Source of the DNA: Laetmonice hystrix
Taxonomy: Eukaryota
Direction of reading: 5' to 3'
Assembly (NCBI GenBank): GCA_965235115.1
Contig: OZ249445.1
Span: forward strand, 12,152,001 to 12,216,000
Length of the DNA: 64,000 nucleotides
Shown: positions 26,292 to 39,216 of the stretch, piece after piece
Numbering within the stretch: the stretch's first letter is position 1
Layout of the letters: each line of letters begins with the position of its first letter
The notes under the pieces: model-generated
Told to the model about the DNA's origin: nothing
Seen by the model: the letters and a program-made list of their open reading frames with translations, nothing else
Databases searched by the model: none
Position numbers and translations under genes: made by a program

Positions 26292-27855
26292 ATATAATGA
26301 GGTCACAGTCATATTCTAAAAGAACATTTACAAATTGGACTATTTATTACACTACAGTTTTCATATAAGATGTGGACATAACCATCTTAAAGGTAAGATA
26401 GATTTCATTTTTCAAAGCAGTGAATGTTATCCTCAACCATCCTAGTCCAGGCTAAGTAGTCTGCAAATCATAATGAGGTTGCATGTCGTGTATATGCCAA
26501 ACTACCGTCATATCATCCCTTTTCTGTCAGCAAAAAATATAAAGCTTGAATGGCCGGTGCTATAACTGGTTTATGAACCAGTCGCAGGTACCTAGTGAGT
26601 CAACGATATGACAACTGTCACAGGGTAAATAGCTGGACCTTTTTGTAAGGTTACAGAAAGATTAGTTGGGCCATCAGAGATTTAGAATAAATCAAAGAAC
26701 TGCGATCCGAGCAAGAAATCCAATGAAAGCAAAGGCCCAATGTAGAGCTCTGTCATATAGTAGTACCCACGTCTGTTAAATGATGTTAGGGCCTCACTCC
26801 TAGATACAACCTCACACTCTGGCAGCCAGAAGGGTATTTAATCTCGGCTGGCCATGGGGTTATATCAAGCAGTAGGTTGGTCATTTCATGCAGTGCCTTC
26901 AGCCATATCACCCCGTTTGTTGGTCATATCGCCTCCTTCCAGCACCATGCAATGACCAAGGGCCAAGGGGTATTTTTCACCTCCCATGGTCTAAGCCTTA
27001 TCAAGTTATTCAGTCCGTCTAAAAGGTTTCACAGATCATTTCCAGGTTTCACACAGTCAGGGCAGTGTGCCCCCCTCTGAGTATGATACCTACTACCGAT
27101 ACCCTCATACTCTACTCGAGGTTGTTTCTCACCAAGCCAATGTTTGGGCTCACTCCATGAGCACGTGGTTTGTAAAGCTAAAGGTATTCTTTCTGTTGAT
27201 GATGAGAGGGGAGGGATTTCTACTGGCCCCGGTGGATACCCAGGCCTTGGCATGACCTAGTTCACCTGCTCAGGGTTGAGGCCCGGTCAATTGATTTGCT
27301 GATCCCAGTGTCATCGCTATCATTGATTGAGGCGGCTTGTTTCGGTTAAAGTTGAACGGTTCTACTTCGGTTTATACTTGGTTGGTCCTGTTGGTCACTG
27401 ATTACTACTGGTTGTATCAGTGGCATGTTTTAATGTTACCAGAAAGGTCTTTAGTCGTAAAGACAATCTGTTAATGATTCAGATAATCCATGATCTCATG
27501 TTTCACCTGATCTGTCTCTAAACCCGGATAATCCACTGTGTATATTTCTGCATGATCTGTCTTTGGTTCCAGGTAATCCATGCATGGTACCTTCCGACCT
27601 CTCTTTGTCTCCACGTGTTTTAGAACTGCCCCCAGGATAATCTGTGTATGGTTCCACATTTATCCGGATAACGTTAAGTCACCTAACTGTTTGGACTGAC
27701 CGATCCCCCCCCCCCCCCCCCAACCAGAGCTACAGCCCTACAGTTTGTAACTGAGATCCTCTGAATCCCGAGCCTGGCCATCTTCAACCTTCAATCAGAA
27801 ACACTTCCAGTCTTAACTTCCTACGTCGTCTTCTGGTACAAACCTTCGTGTAGAC

Positions 27856-28037
27856 TCTATGACAAGGGTGTAGCCCCCCCCCCCCAAAAAAAAATAAATT
27901 AATAACTAATTAGATAACTAAATAGATCTAAATGAATTACTAATATTACGGTTGGGAACCAAGCCCCCCCCCCCCCCGCCATCTCAGTCGGACCCCCCCC
28001 CCCTTATCTCAGTTCTGCCTACACCCCTGTCTATGAC
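27856..28037. mobile_element. hAT-like MITE with 8-bp TSD
   Basis: TCTATGAC at 27856-27863 and 28030-28037, with the left copy sharing its last C with the TIR. TIR CAAGGGTGTAG (27863-27873) versus CTACACCCCTG (28019-28029). 8-bp TSDs and CAG termini are hAT hallmarks. Confidence 0.8.
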
Positions 28038-29945
28038 ACTAGAAATAGGGTGGGCATTTGTTGTGACGCCCGAGAAATAAACATAAAAATGATTTTCAGG
28101 CCAATTTCTTCGCCTTGATCACTACTTCCTCCAACAAACATGAACGTTTTTCTTTGCCAACAAAATGAAAAGTAATGTAAGCATTTCCGGTCGAATATGT
28201 TGAGGACTCCTTGTCACAATTCGATATCGTTTAATACGAAAATCGGAAACATAGCACTCGACCTTTTTAAAATAGGCTGCATATAAAATAGGCTTAGTTT
28301 GCAGTACCGTATCTTCTAAAGATATATGACAGTAAGTGTGTATTCCTTCCAAACTTGGCACTCAAGTTTCTGAAATGTTGCAGCGACATCAGGCTGTGAT
28401 TGAGAAAAATATATTACTTGCCTCTATTTCTAACATCGTCTAAGTTCGATAAATCATATAATTTTGATACTTAAGGAATGGCAGGAAAAGTGTAACTATG
28501 GGTTAACTGCCCATCAAAATAAATTGCCAATATTAAACAAAGATATATTGTAATATCTGGATCCTTATGCACCACAGGGTCCCCTATCATGTGGGATAAA
28601 TAAGAGCGGTATGTTCTTCGTATCACTACAATAAATAAGATACATATATGCCATGGCAGGCCAGCAGCTGGGATAAGTATGAAACGCTGAGGTTATCAAG
28701 TACAGAGAATCAACAACAAGTGCTTCCTTTCATGTGTTGGGACGCCTTACTTAAGTATGTGATGGCCCACAATCTGCCAAATATACACATATCTATAAAC
28801 ACAAGGCGGCTAATTTCTGTCATCTTTGAGGCAATATCACGTTGCGTGGCTTGACTGGCAAGCGCCAGTGGACACCCCATCTTGGGAGGCAGGTATACTG
28901 ATGGGGTTGTAATAACTGTAACAATGAGCTATGTGGCCAATAACAATGAGATGACCATCCCCACTAAGATACATTACACGCATGTGTGCATGGGGAGGTA
29001 CGGGAGGAACGGGTATATGTAGGCGACTGGCGGGGCGGGTGCCCAGCGCGCCGGCCGCGTGCCCGCCGGCCCGTCTGGCCTCCACCTCCCATACCCCGGT
29101 CCATCTATCACCAGTGATGGACTAGGTTAACGGCTGATAACTTCTTGGAAATTGCTTCATCTTTTCATGTTCGATCCCCCACATCTCGCCCGATCTCAAT
29201 CTACTGATCCGCCGTGCAATTTATATGTAAATATGATCTTGGCAAGATGCCAGATTATCTGGGCGCTACTTCTCTCACACCCCTCTCCCGATCGCCGTGC
29301 ACACACCAACAAAAAAAGTGTGCTGTTACGCTACTCTCGCTCTTATTATGGCATGATACCAGAAATAAAAAGGCTATTTTTCTCTCTCCCATGATGGCCT
29401 ACCTCATATTTACACAAAAGGCAAATTGAATATCTGCGCCGGGCTGGCCGGCCGCACGTGCAAGCTTGAGGCGACCACCATGACCAAGACTGCCACTCGC
29501 CAACCCGCATCACACAGAAGTAATAATTCCCCTCCCCCCCCCCCTCTTTATTGATCCCGAGTTCTGATCCCGTACAACTGCTAGGCTTGGCCGGGCAGCT
29601 CAGATGCTAATTTATTCACTGACAGCTCTGGCCCTAATTGCGTTAGCACCGTTATTATTTTGCTACCCTAGATAATGAAGAACAAAGGCTGAGGGAGCAA
29701 TAGCTACCAAATAAGGCTTCAGTGCGAACATGACCAGTAAAAAGCGGACATGCATACATCAATGCGTGATGATGAAACGTCAATTTACACATACTTTACA
29801 CGGGCACATGGCATATTTTCTTGAATCTGGCACTGGAGGGCAGTGAGCGGACATTGGCTGCCACGACCACAGCTTGGTGAGGTATCCTACCAACAGCGCG
29901 ACAAACAGCGCCAGCCTTGGACTGACACTGGCTCAGCCCAGACTC

Positions 29946-29959
29946 CCACCAGGGGGCGT
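29946..29959 (+). promoter_or_regulatory. CTCF-like core motif
   Basis: CCACCAGGGGGCGT matches the established CCASYAGRKGGCRS core at all but the last base. Confidence 0.5.
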
Positions 29960-32105
29960 CGCCGGCAGACCCCAGTGATTATTGGGCGATACTCGCTACA
30001 ATACTTGACATGTACATCATGTCCAATTAAAATATTCATGGCTGTCTGAATCACATTTAAAAGGGTCACATCAGCGGCAACCTTTTCTGTGGCACGACAT
30101 TTTATGCATTCTGACACCTTACTTTTAGATTTATTCTAATTAAAATTTTAAGTTCTGAGCCCGATTAATGAGTTTCGTTAATGGCCCCTGAGTCCTGGTA
30201 CCTTCAGAGAATGCTGATGGCCAAAAGTGGTATCACAAATATGTGCATCACCCTGGCCGTCCGCCATACAACATAGTCCGCAAATACATGCTCTGCCAAC
30301 TCAGTGCAGGTCTCAATCAATAACATATACGGTAACTACAAATTCATCTCACACTTTGCCTGTTCTTGAATATGAAACTAATTTCCATTGCAATTAGTCA
30401 AAATTACAAACCCATTCATCTTCCTGTCTTCATGATGCCCACCCTGAAAAAAAGTCAAGTAATGCAAAATTGTACTATACCTCATAAAAAAGAACCCCTC
30501 CTGACTCTTTATGGATTAAAAGTTAATGAGAGCAGAAAAAAAGAAGTTGAAAATGACACCCTGCCTCTGAAAGCACCCCTGGCTGATATATAAAAGCTAT
30601 TGGCAAATTAAATTGTATGCCAGTTTGAGTATAAGGAGTGCTCTTCAGATGGAAATCTATATCAACGCCAGTTCCCACTTGGGGAATAAAATTAAATATT
30701 GTAATTTTAAACTGTCAAAAACATACCCGATAAGCCATGTTGGGCTGTGCTCATCATCAATTTTTCAGTTTATCCTCTGAAAAAGCATTAATTGATGTCA
30801 CAATGTTATATGCACTGGCATGAGCCAGCATAGAAACAGCCTGGCCCTACAGTGCACACCTAATAAGCACTGTCTTAGCACTCATATAGCCAGCCCTCCA
30901 TTTGATAAATTTGTAACCCGAGAAATGATTGTTTCTGCATACATCCCATTATTGATTAGGGAAAATATCCCTGGCTTCTCTGCGCAGCCATCCTCTGACG
31001 TAATTCTGGGCCTGGCTTGGAAAAACGGTGCACACCGAATGTTGAGCATGTATGTATTTTAAACGCGTTTCAAGAGTCATGAGATTGCTGCCTTTGTCAG
31101 TGCGCGCAGCCCAAAACATACTCCTAATTAGAATCGAAATCGAATGCCACTTTTGTGGCCTGCGCCGTACGTAACGTGCATCAACACTGCCAGAGGCTGC
31201 TCCGCAATGCTCAGCGTGTGAAAATAACTTTAAAAGGAATCGGCCCCGTCGTGAGTGATGATATTTTGTGCACTCTTTGCTATGAGTATATAACGGAGAA
31301 GCGGGCGGGAGCGTGGGCTTTAACGATTGGTGTGACAGTGAGTAAAGCACGTGTTAGAAGCGCACTCGCTCCACCAGCAACAAAGCCCTACTTGTTGTAT
31401 CATCAGCGAGTGCTGCTATCACAGCCAAGCCCTTATCTTAAAGCCTTCATCATCCACTGACAACTCCAGTGACTGTCACCGCCTTGCAGTCTTTCAGGCC
31501 AACTGTTACGGCACTTGTCACCGTGGAATCAGCGCAATGTAAGTCCACTTATATATGTATACCTACTTTCCATTTACCTTCATACTTATATATACCTCAC
31601 ACGCGCGCGCACAGATTGGAGCCATTCTGGTGATAAGGATTAAGGATATGGACAGGCGGGAGTGCAGCACAGGAAGCTTGACACCAAGCAAGCCGGGGAA
31701 ACTACCACCACCACATACCAATACTGAGGTTTGTCGTCGTGTTGACCACCACCACCTGCCAACATGACATCATCAGTTGGTCAGTTACTGATCCCACGAC
31801 CACATCAAACATATCTTTACACCTCTCACTGACTGCTTCTTTCTGGAACAACTCTCTCTCTCTCTCTGCACCACTCTGGCTCCCACCTCTCCCCTCCTCA
31901 CCTGGCCTCCCCCACGAGTACCTGGCTACCTGTTACCCTAACCACCACCCTTTGCCAGGACCATGGAGTTAGAGATGCCGGGACCACCCCTACCACTGCC
32001 GCCCCTTCTCAAGCCACATTTCTCAGATTTGCCCAGGATGCTTTTGTGTGGCCCCCTGGGCCTTGAAAGCTTGAGGCCGGCATGTCGGATCTACCGCTAA
32101 CTTAC

Positions 32106-32233
32106 CAAGGAACTTTATTGACGGAGCCGGCCGCGGCCTGGCGCACCTTGTCGTGGAAGACTTTCACGGCCCACGAACTGGCCACCATTAGCATATTAAT
32201 GCCGCGTTTGCACACGGCCAAGGCCTTGCAGTA
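32106..32233 (-). CDS. Candidate coding exon (YCKALAVCKRGINMLMVASSWAVKVFHDKVRQAAAGSVNKVP)
   Basis: Acceptor ttttggcattttag and consensus donor TG|gtaagt; 128 nt with only one frame open. Confidence 0.3.
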
Positions 32234-33259
32234 CTAAAATGCCAAAATTCTTTCTGCGTTGTCGAGATTTTTCGCCATGAGAGCTTTAGATGTTGTGATT
32301 TTCGCTCGGTTTGGTGTTGACGGTTAATCAGCCTAGCTTTGTGGATGAGAGTACATCTTGGGTGTATGATCGGGCTGGCCAATCCCCACCGATCCCCGCC
32401 TGGCTAGAATTGCTTTGCCTCAGGAATGCGATTATTGGAAGATCAATACATGAGATGGCTCTCACATCTATCCGGCAAGGAAAGTGTCTCTCTAAGTGAT
32501 GTATCCTGGAAATGCTGCCAGGCAACAACATACTTAGCTGTACCTATTAGTGATGAAAAGGATGTGGCATCCCCGTCACAAACCATCATTATATAAGGCA
32601 ACTGGCTATGATGTAAACATGGACCTTCAGGTCACTATAAATATAGCAGTTAAACACGTCACTTTCTTCGACGCCACAGGTCACACCGGCTAAATGTGGC
32701 ACCGGCACGACTGCTTCGTTCTAATAAGACTCATTAGGAGCCGTTACTAATGTTAATCGCTACATGCTGCGCCATGCTGCCAGGCATCTTACTGCCTAAC
32801 ATGGAAGTTGCTGTTGCTGCTTCTACTTCTGAAGCTGCTGGCCGGCAGGTGTGTCTCCAAGTTCGGACGGGACGGCAGATACCATACAACTAACTTTACA
32901 AACTACCTTACACTATCTCGCAAAAAATTACATCGATTTAACACATCATGAAAGCCACTTTGAAGTACATGTAACTTGTTTCTGGATAACTTTCTATCTT
33001 ATATGATTATTATAAGCATAATTGTTATACCTTTGGAATATTGGTAGATGTCCAGAACAAGGTCACCAGCAATGCATAAAGGTTATTCTATTATTAATAC
33101 TTAAGTCAATTACTTTTAAATCTTTCATCAAAACCTAATGACAATATTCAATATTAGTGACATATCTGTCCCGTCGGAAAAGTCCCCTGCTTACTGCACA
33201 CCAGCGCAATTTGCAGCGTTTGCAGGGTGCGGGTTCGAAATTGGAAGTACAACAGATCA

Positions 33260-33273
33260 CCACTAGGGGGCAG
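33260..33273 (+). promoter_or_regulatory. CTCF-like core motif
   Basis: CCACTAGGGGGCAG is a full match to the CCASYAGRKGGCRS core. Confidence 0.55.
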
Positions 33274-36200
33274 TCTCCGTCAATGCTGGCGACTTGAGCT
33301 TGATGGCGTTGCCCGGTCTGCCTCTGTACAAGTCACCAGTAAACAAGTTGGCGTTTCACAGATCGAGGCCAATATATAAACTACTCATCTCTAAATACTT
33401 AAGGATATACGTAAGACCTTCCAAGTTCGCCTTAATAGTTTTATGTTATATTCTGCATCGCCTGTACCTAACAGTATTGATATGCAGAACTTACCGTTTC
33501 AGTACAATTTAGCCTTTCGGCCTCTAATTGAATCTGTGAATTCAAAAGGAGCCCTTGCCACATTTTCTAGATTTCAACTTGTTTCAAAGGCCTATCCGAG
33601 TTAGCTGTCAGATTCCATGCAAAATGGACCCAGCTATACTTGGTAAACACCTGAAATGCTACGGACTCACCAGACATCTAGATGGGCACAAATCCGAAAG
33701 TTTATATCACACAAAGTCAAACAGAAGTTTAAAAAAAATCAACTAATTTGCCTGTACCGTTTAAAAAGACGTGGTCAGTTTTCTTCGACTGGCTCGAAAT
33801 TAAGGCAGGTTAAGGGCAATTTCCTCAAACTCCTGCCGATGACGTAATTGCTGTCACAAGATCCTTGAACTTCGGTGACCAGGAGCTATTACTGGCTCCC
33901 AGTGAACGCGTATATTAAAATCAAACGTCTTTCATTCGGAAGTATAGGATGCAATCACAATAAATTTGTATCTCATATAAGCATCTTTACAGACTACCAA
34001 TAAGATGCTGACTGGACCTGATTCAAAGTGTCAAAACGTTGCTAGCCAACTTTAGTGCGATTTCCTGCATCTGGTCGTGTATTAAAATTGTCAATCGGGT
34101 CATGGCTCAGGAGACATCATCAAACTTTGATGTGTTTAAGTACAATCTAAAAGACCACCCCCCACCCCACCCTAAACAATGTAAGAAACAAATACCTCCC
34201 ACCATGGGCCATCAGCTAATTTCAAGGCCTGTTGAAGGTTAACTTCTACAGGTTAAAATGCCTTTTACTAAATGGTTAAATTGGAAATCTGTTTTCGATT
34301 TTCACTTCAATTTTCTAACAGCATGCAGAGTGATTGGATTTGAAATGCTAGCTCGTTATAAAATCAAACATGAGCGGATTGCCCTCAGAAACTAATATAA
34401 AGCAAGCATATCATATTCGCTAGTAATATACTCTCAAAGTTTCTATTGATCGCAGTTCCTCAACTATTACATTTTGTTATTTAATATCAGTTATATGGAA
34501 AGTACATACCGCAGCCTTAGTAACCTTAATATTAGTTATTACATCCTGTTACCATTATAATTAGTGATTTGAGCGTTATATCCTATCATTTTCCCCTATT
34601 TGCCATACGGACACATGTGATAATCGTATATATTTCCTATGCCGTCACCAGCTCATATCAGTACGTTCAATAACTGCCTATATAAAGTAAACCATTTTCC
34701 CAGAAAACATACAAGGGTTCACAATTATTGAGCTAAATTTCACAAATCAAAATGTCTGTATGTAAAAGTATGCTAAACACAATGCAAAGATTATAGGTGA
34801 CTGTCCGACATTATTTCATCCCGGAGAAGTCTCGTCATTTTGAGGTACTATCGCTCGTTCTCTCACAAATCTGGTTGCTGACAGAGTCCTATATTTTCAT
34901 CCAATTAAATAATTTTACTTGTCACATGGGGAACATACAAAACAGTTTACGCTAGGCTGCTGCATACAAATCCAGGCATGAACCTTTCGAGTTCAGACGC
35001 CAAGTTGAAATGAATCTTTGCTATGTGTCAGGTAAATTCTCAGCACCACTGACAACCTACCATTCAGATTTCTGACTGCTACTGCACGTAAACATGACCA
35101 GGAAGGAGGCTGACGGATGTTATACTCTCCTCATTATGATACATAGGTCTCCATAGTTTTTTCTCTGGGTAAACCTTGGCATTAACTAACCTGGATACTT
35201 CATCTTAACGGATATTACCTGCCGGTTGTACTGAATCCGGCAGACCAGGCCTACAGTATACATCTCAAATATACCTGTAGGGTTTTTTTTCCAGAATGAG
35301 CCTGCACTTCGCTTGTACCGGGGGAAAATCAAAACCATTCATAGCTCTTGGGAGTTAGAGAACCCTGTAATGAATTCTACCTGGACACGCATTTAATAAG
35401 GTCTGACCTTTTTGCATTTATCCGAAGATGGACTCTTTTCACAATGTGAAAAATTAAACTAGTAAACGGCTTCAGGCATCTTGCACGTATATCGTACGCA
35501 CATCAAACACACTGAAACACAAGATCACACGTAGCAAATGGCCATCTGTTTTCTTCCAGGCAGTACATTTAAACTAAATGGCTGACATAGTAACAACGTT
35601 CAGAAGTTAAATGAAATTTTCATGAATTTATTTTTATTGGGTGTACAATTTCCAGATATTGGGACTGTCTGGCACCATATTTATAAATGGCCGAGAGGAA
35701 GTTTTGAATGTTTAAACCATGACTGACGACAGAAGTCATACAAATGTACATCATACAACCATAAATTTGCAAAATTGTAGGAAGCTGAACAGACTGGCCG
35801 GGAAGCAGCCCTCAATCTGGTCCAGTTCCTTTTACTTCTGTATTTAATTCTGCTCTTGTTTCACAAATAGTGTGATTCTTCCGGCATTCACGTTAATGTA
35901 TATGGCGGACATGAATACAATGCCACACTTTGACATGGCTCACGGCACAGCGTCACAGATGGAACACTGCATGCTACACTGATCATAAGTGATGCATAAG
36001 TGATCACGGCTGATCATGAATAACCAACACGTAACGGATTATCTCAACTTTTTGTACAGAAAAAAAAGTACACCAAAAAACACATCAAAACCCTAGGAGT
36101 GAATTGACCGCTTTCATGACAGGCTGCCGTGATCAGTCGATCTCTTGTTACAGGCGTTGTACCCATTCGACATTAAACATCAATGCTGAATGCAGCTACC

Positions 36201-36995
36201 AGTCAAAATGTGTGCTGCTCCAGTCTCAGCATCACTTTAATATATTACACACTAAACCTGTAAGGCAGTCCTGAATAATAAGATGTATTCATAAAATCAG
36301 CGGTAAGGTATGAACAGCATAAATTATGATGCTTCAGCAGATCATTGGGGTTTTTAACCGCTTTGAGTAAACAGTAATTATACACGCTGGTATCAAGAGA
36401 AGACCAAAGACTGGGTCAGTAAGTCCTTGCCAGTGCCGCGGTGGACACTATATTTATCTGGCATTCGGCGAGGCCCAAGACTTATTTGGACCTTGAGATA
36501 TAACAACCAGTTAAAATATAAGCGTCATCAGTGAGAAACGCTTGATATTTCAACCAATTTGGGAATTCGAACCGGTTTTAGCAACTTTGCGTCAAAGGCT
36601 TGTTTCTTATCTTGTAATTATTATGATAATTTTGGAGCAATGCCAGCGCCTGATTACTCCTGATACCTCTAGTATTTACGATATGGTTGCCATGGAGAGC
36701 AGGCGCCTGGCAGCAGGTGTTAGGATGTGATGAATTAACAGCCAATAGCATTAGATTGCGAAACTGCAGCCTGACATCACAAACAAGCCAGCCCGACAGG
36801 CTTCTCTCGGCAAGTTTGACTGTGCTTGGTAAACCTATGGGGACAGGGATCTCTGACCCGACTACCGACACTAAAACAAAACAGAGGACTGATATGATCT
36901 GAGGACACCGTGACTGAGAGATCAAGTGTAGGCCATCACAAGGTGAGGTCCAGCATTGATAACTGTTAGAGTGTATGTTTGTTGTCACTTGCAAG

Positions 36996-37152
36996 GCATT
37001 CATATCCTTGTGAAACAAAGTGTCATTGTGTCCGTAATGAACATAGCGCTTGGTGTTGCATGTCGCGCCTTCAACAAGAATACCCGCAGCGCAGTCAAAC
37101 AATCTGCGAGTCGTGTGTATGACAACCTTCATGTAATCTACGCCTCAGAGAT
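36996..37152 (+). CDS. Candidate coding exon (GIHILVKQSVIVSVMNIALGVACRAFNKNTRSAVKQSASRVYDNLHVIYASE)
   Basis: Acceptor gtttgttgtcacttgcaag and donor AT|gtgagg; open frame; phase-compatible with 39153-39216. Confidence 0.25.
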
Positions 37153-39152
37153 GTGAGGTTGTCATGCGATCGTTTGTGATATATTGAGGTCCTTTTTACC
37201 TTGTTCAAATAGACGTCCCTTGGCAACCATGAAAGAAATCAGTAACTGATCATCATAGCCTGCACTAATGACAGAACAAAAGCTAACCTCCCTTTCAATC
37301 CACCCTAGTCCATATGATGTATTCACACATTGCTGGGAAGGCACCGAAAAAGTCTGCAAAACCAGGAATGCTCGCCAGGGGGTGGGGGGGGGGAATTTTA
37401 GCCACTTTGGACAAAAGTTTTCAAACACTTCAATGGCCTGGTTCTCTTTCAACTTGTCTGAGCCGTGGCAACTGATGAGCATTACTGCACACAAAAGCCA
37501 AACGCGTAATTGCATAAGCTGGAGGTGATTGAATTGGGCAGAGGGGAGGAAGATCGCTTGATAAAATATTCACAAACTTCCCTGTACACATCGACTGTGA
37601 CAATCGCCAGAATCCCTGTTTCTGGCACGCAACTCTGCAAAAGTTTTTCAAACTTGAGAACAAAAATCGCCCTCCAGGGTTGGTACAGTGCTTGTCAGTG
37701 TCCAGGTCTACACTGATCTCACCTCAGCTCGAGGTGTTATTCCTAACCACCTAGGGTTCCCTGACGAAACGTTCACACGATGGAACCCCCAGCTTATGTT
37801 ATGGTAAATTTCAACCGTTTGAAATGGATCCAGAGATCTGTCCATTAAATATCAAACAGTGTAGTATACATACCCGTAACAAGCCGGGTGTCTGCACCCC
37901 TCTTCTGAGCAACAGACAGAAGGTTTCGAAAGGGACTGGGACGTTTGGTGTGGGTTTTCGGGACACCTCATTTGATGGTGCCTTAAGCCCAGGTAAATCA
38001 GCACCATTTTGTAACTTATAAAGTAAGATGTCAGAGGTTGTCTGACGCACACCTACAGCAGTGGGACAGGAGTACAGGAGACGATCCTTCAGACATGTCA
38101 AGCACGTTCATCAGCCCGATGTCAGGCCTTAATGGATCCGGACTAGACTGAGCTAAAAATTCAACTACTCAGGTTTGTTGTGAAAATAGGTTTTGAAAAA
38201 TTAAAATCTCTCTACTCCTAGAAAGGTCGTCAGCATCCCATCTGATACAGAACCTAATTTATTGTTGCACAGTTGTAATAGGACGGTCATTACGTATACG
38301 GGCGTCTACTGCCAATCATGTCCTATCAGCTGCATTTCTTATCAATCGTTGTTCGTCACCACAAAGTCGTATCCTCACAACGACACTGTTTCTAAGTAAA
38401 TTAATTCCCACTGGTTATCTGACGCAACGGTTGACTAGGTATCTCAATTTAACAAATCTACGGCAAAAATTATTCTGGTAAGTTTGAAGTTTTAACAGCA
38501 TTAAGCCTGTGTTAGTTAGGTAGGACCTTGTCAAATGTATTCATCTCTCTCACTTCAGCCTTGTGTGAAACAGACAAAAAAAGTGTTTGTTTCTTTGTTT
38601 CTATATCCTCACTCCCCCATCCAACTCCTAAGTCTTTCAGATGTCTACTGAGAAATGTTTCTGGGACAGACTGACAGGTCGATTGGTCGGTCGCATGATT
38701 GACACTTGGTAAGTGGCTGTCACAACTGTCAGGCATCCAGGGTTGGCTTCAGGGTTTTAACACTTAATCGTGCTGGTATTAGTCGCCCTAACGATCTCAA
38801 TTACCGTTAGTCTATTTATCCATCTGATTGACTCTGTCATGTCGACTCTAAGCTGCATTGCGTATGTGTTACTGGGCTATCACTTCACATACCATTAATT
38901 TATTCTTATGTGTAGGCAAACTAATCACAGAGCGAATGGTGAATCATTACTGCAACTGGGTTTGTTAAGGACTTTCTATTCACAGATATTGACAGAATTC
39001 TGTCACGCAAAATCAGGAAGCAGATAACAATGAAGCATGTAGCTTCCTTTTATATCATCATCACCGTATTGATATATAAGATAAAGGAAAGAGAAATGTA
39101 GGATATGGCTGTGCGCGCCCCAACTGTCCTGTATCAAACGTCTTTGATCCAG

Positions 39153-39216
39153 GTGTGAGGCTGCACGGCTGAAGGTCATGATCACAACGTATGACCGTGA
39201 AGACTACTTCCCCCTG
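39153..39216 (+). CDS. Candidate coding exon (CEAARLKVMITTYDREDYFPL)
   Basis: Acceptor tctttgatccag and donor CTG|gtgagg; only one frame is open across the 64 nt. Confidence 0.35.

Noticed and set aside
36578-37515. 184-aa ORF and a signal-peptide-like 117-aa ORF on the - strand
   Set aside because: No recognisable domain, and they overlap better-spliced + strand candidates; insufficient support.
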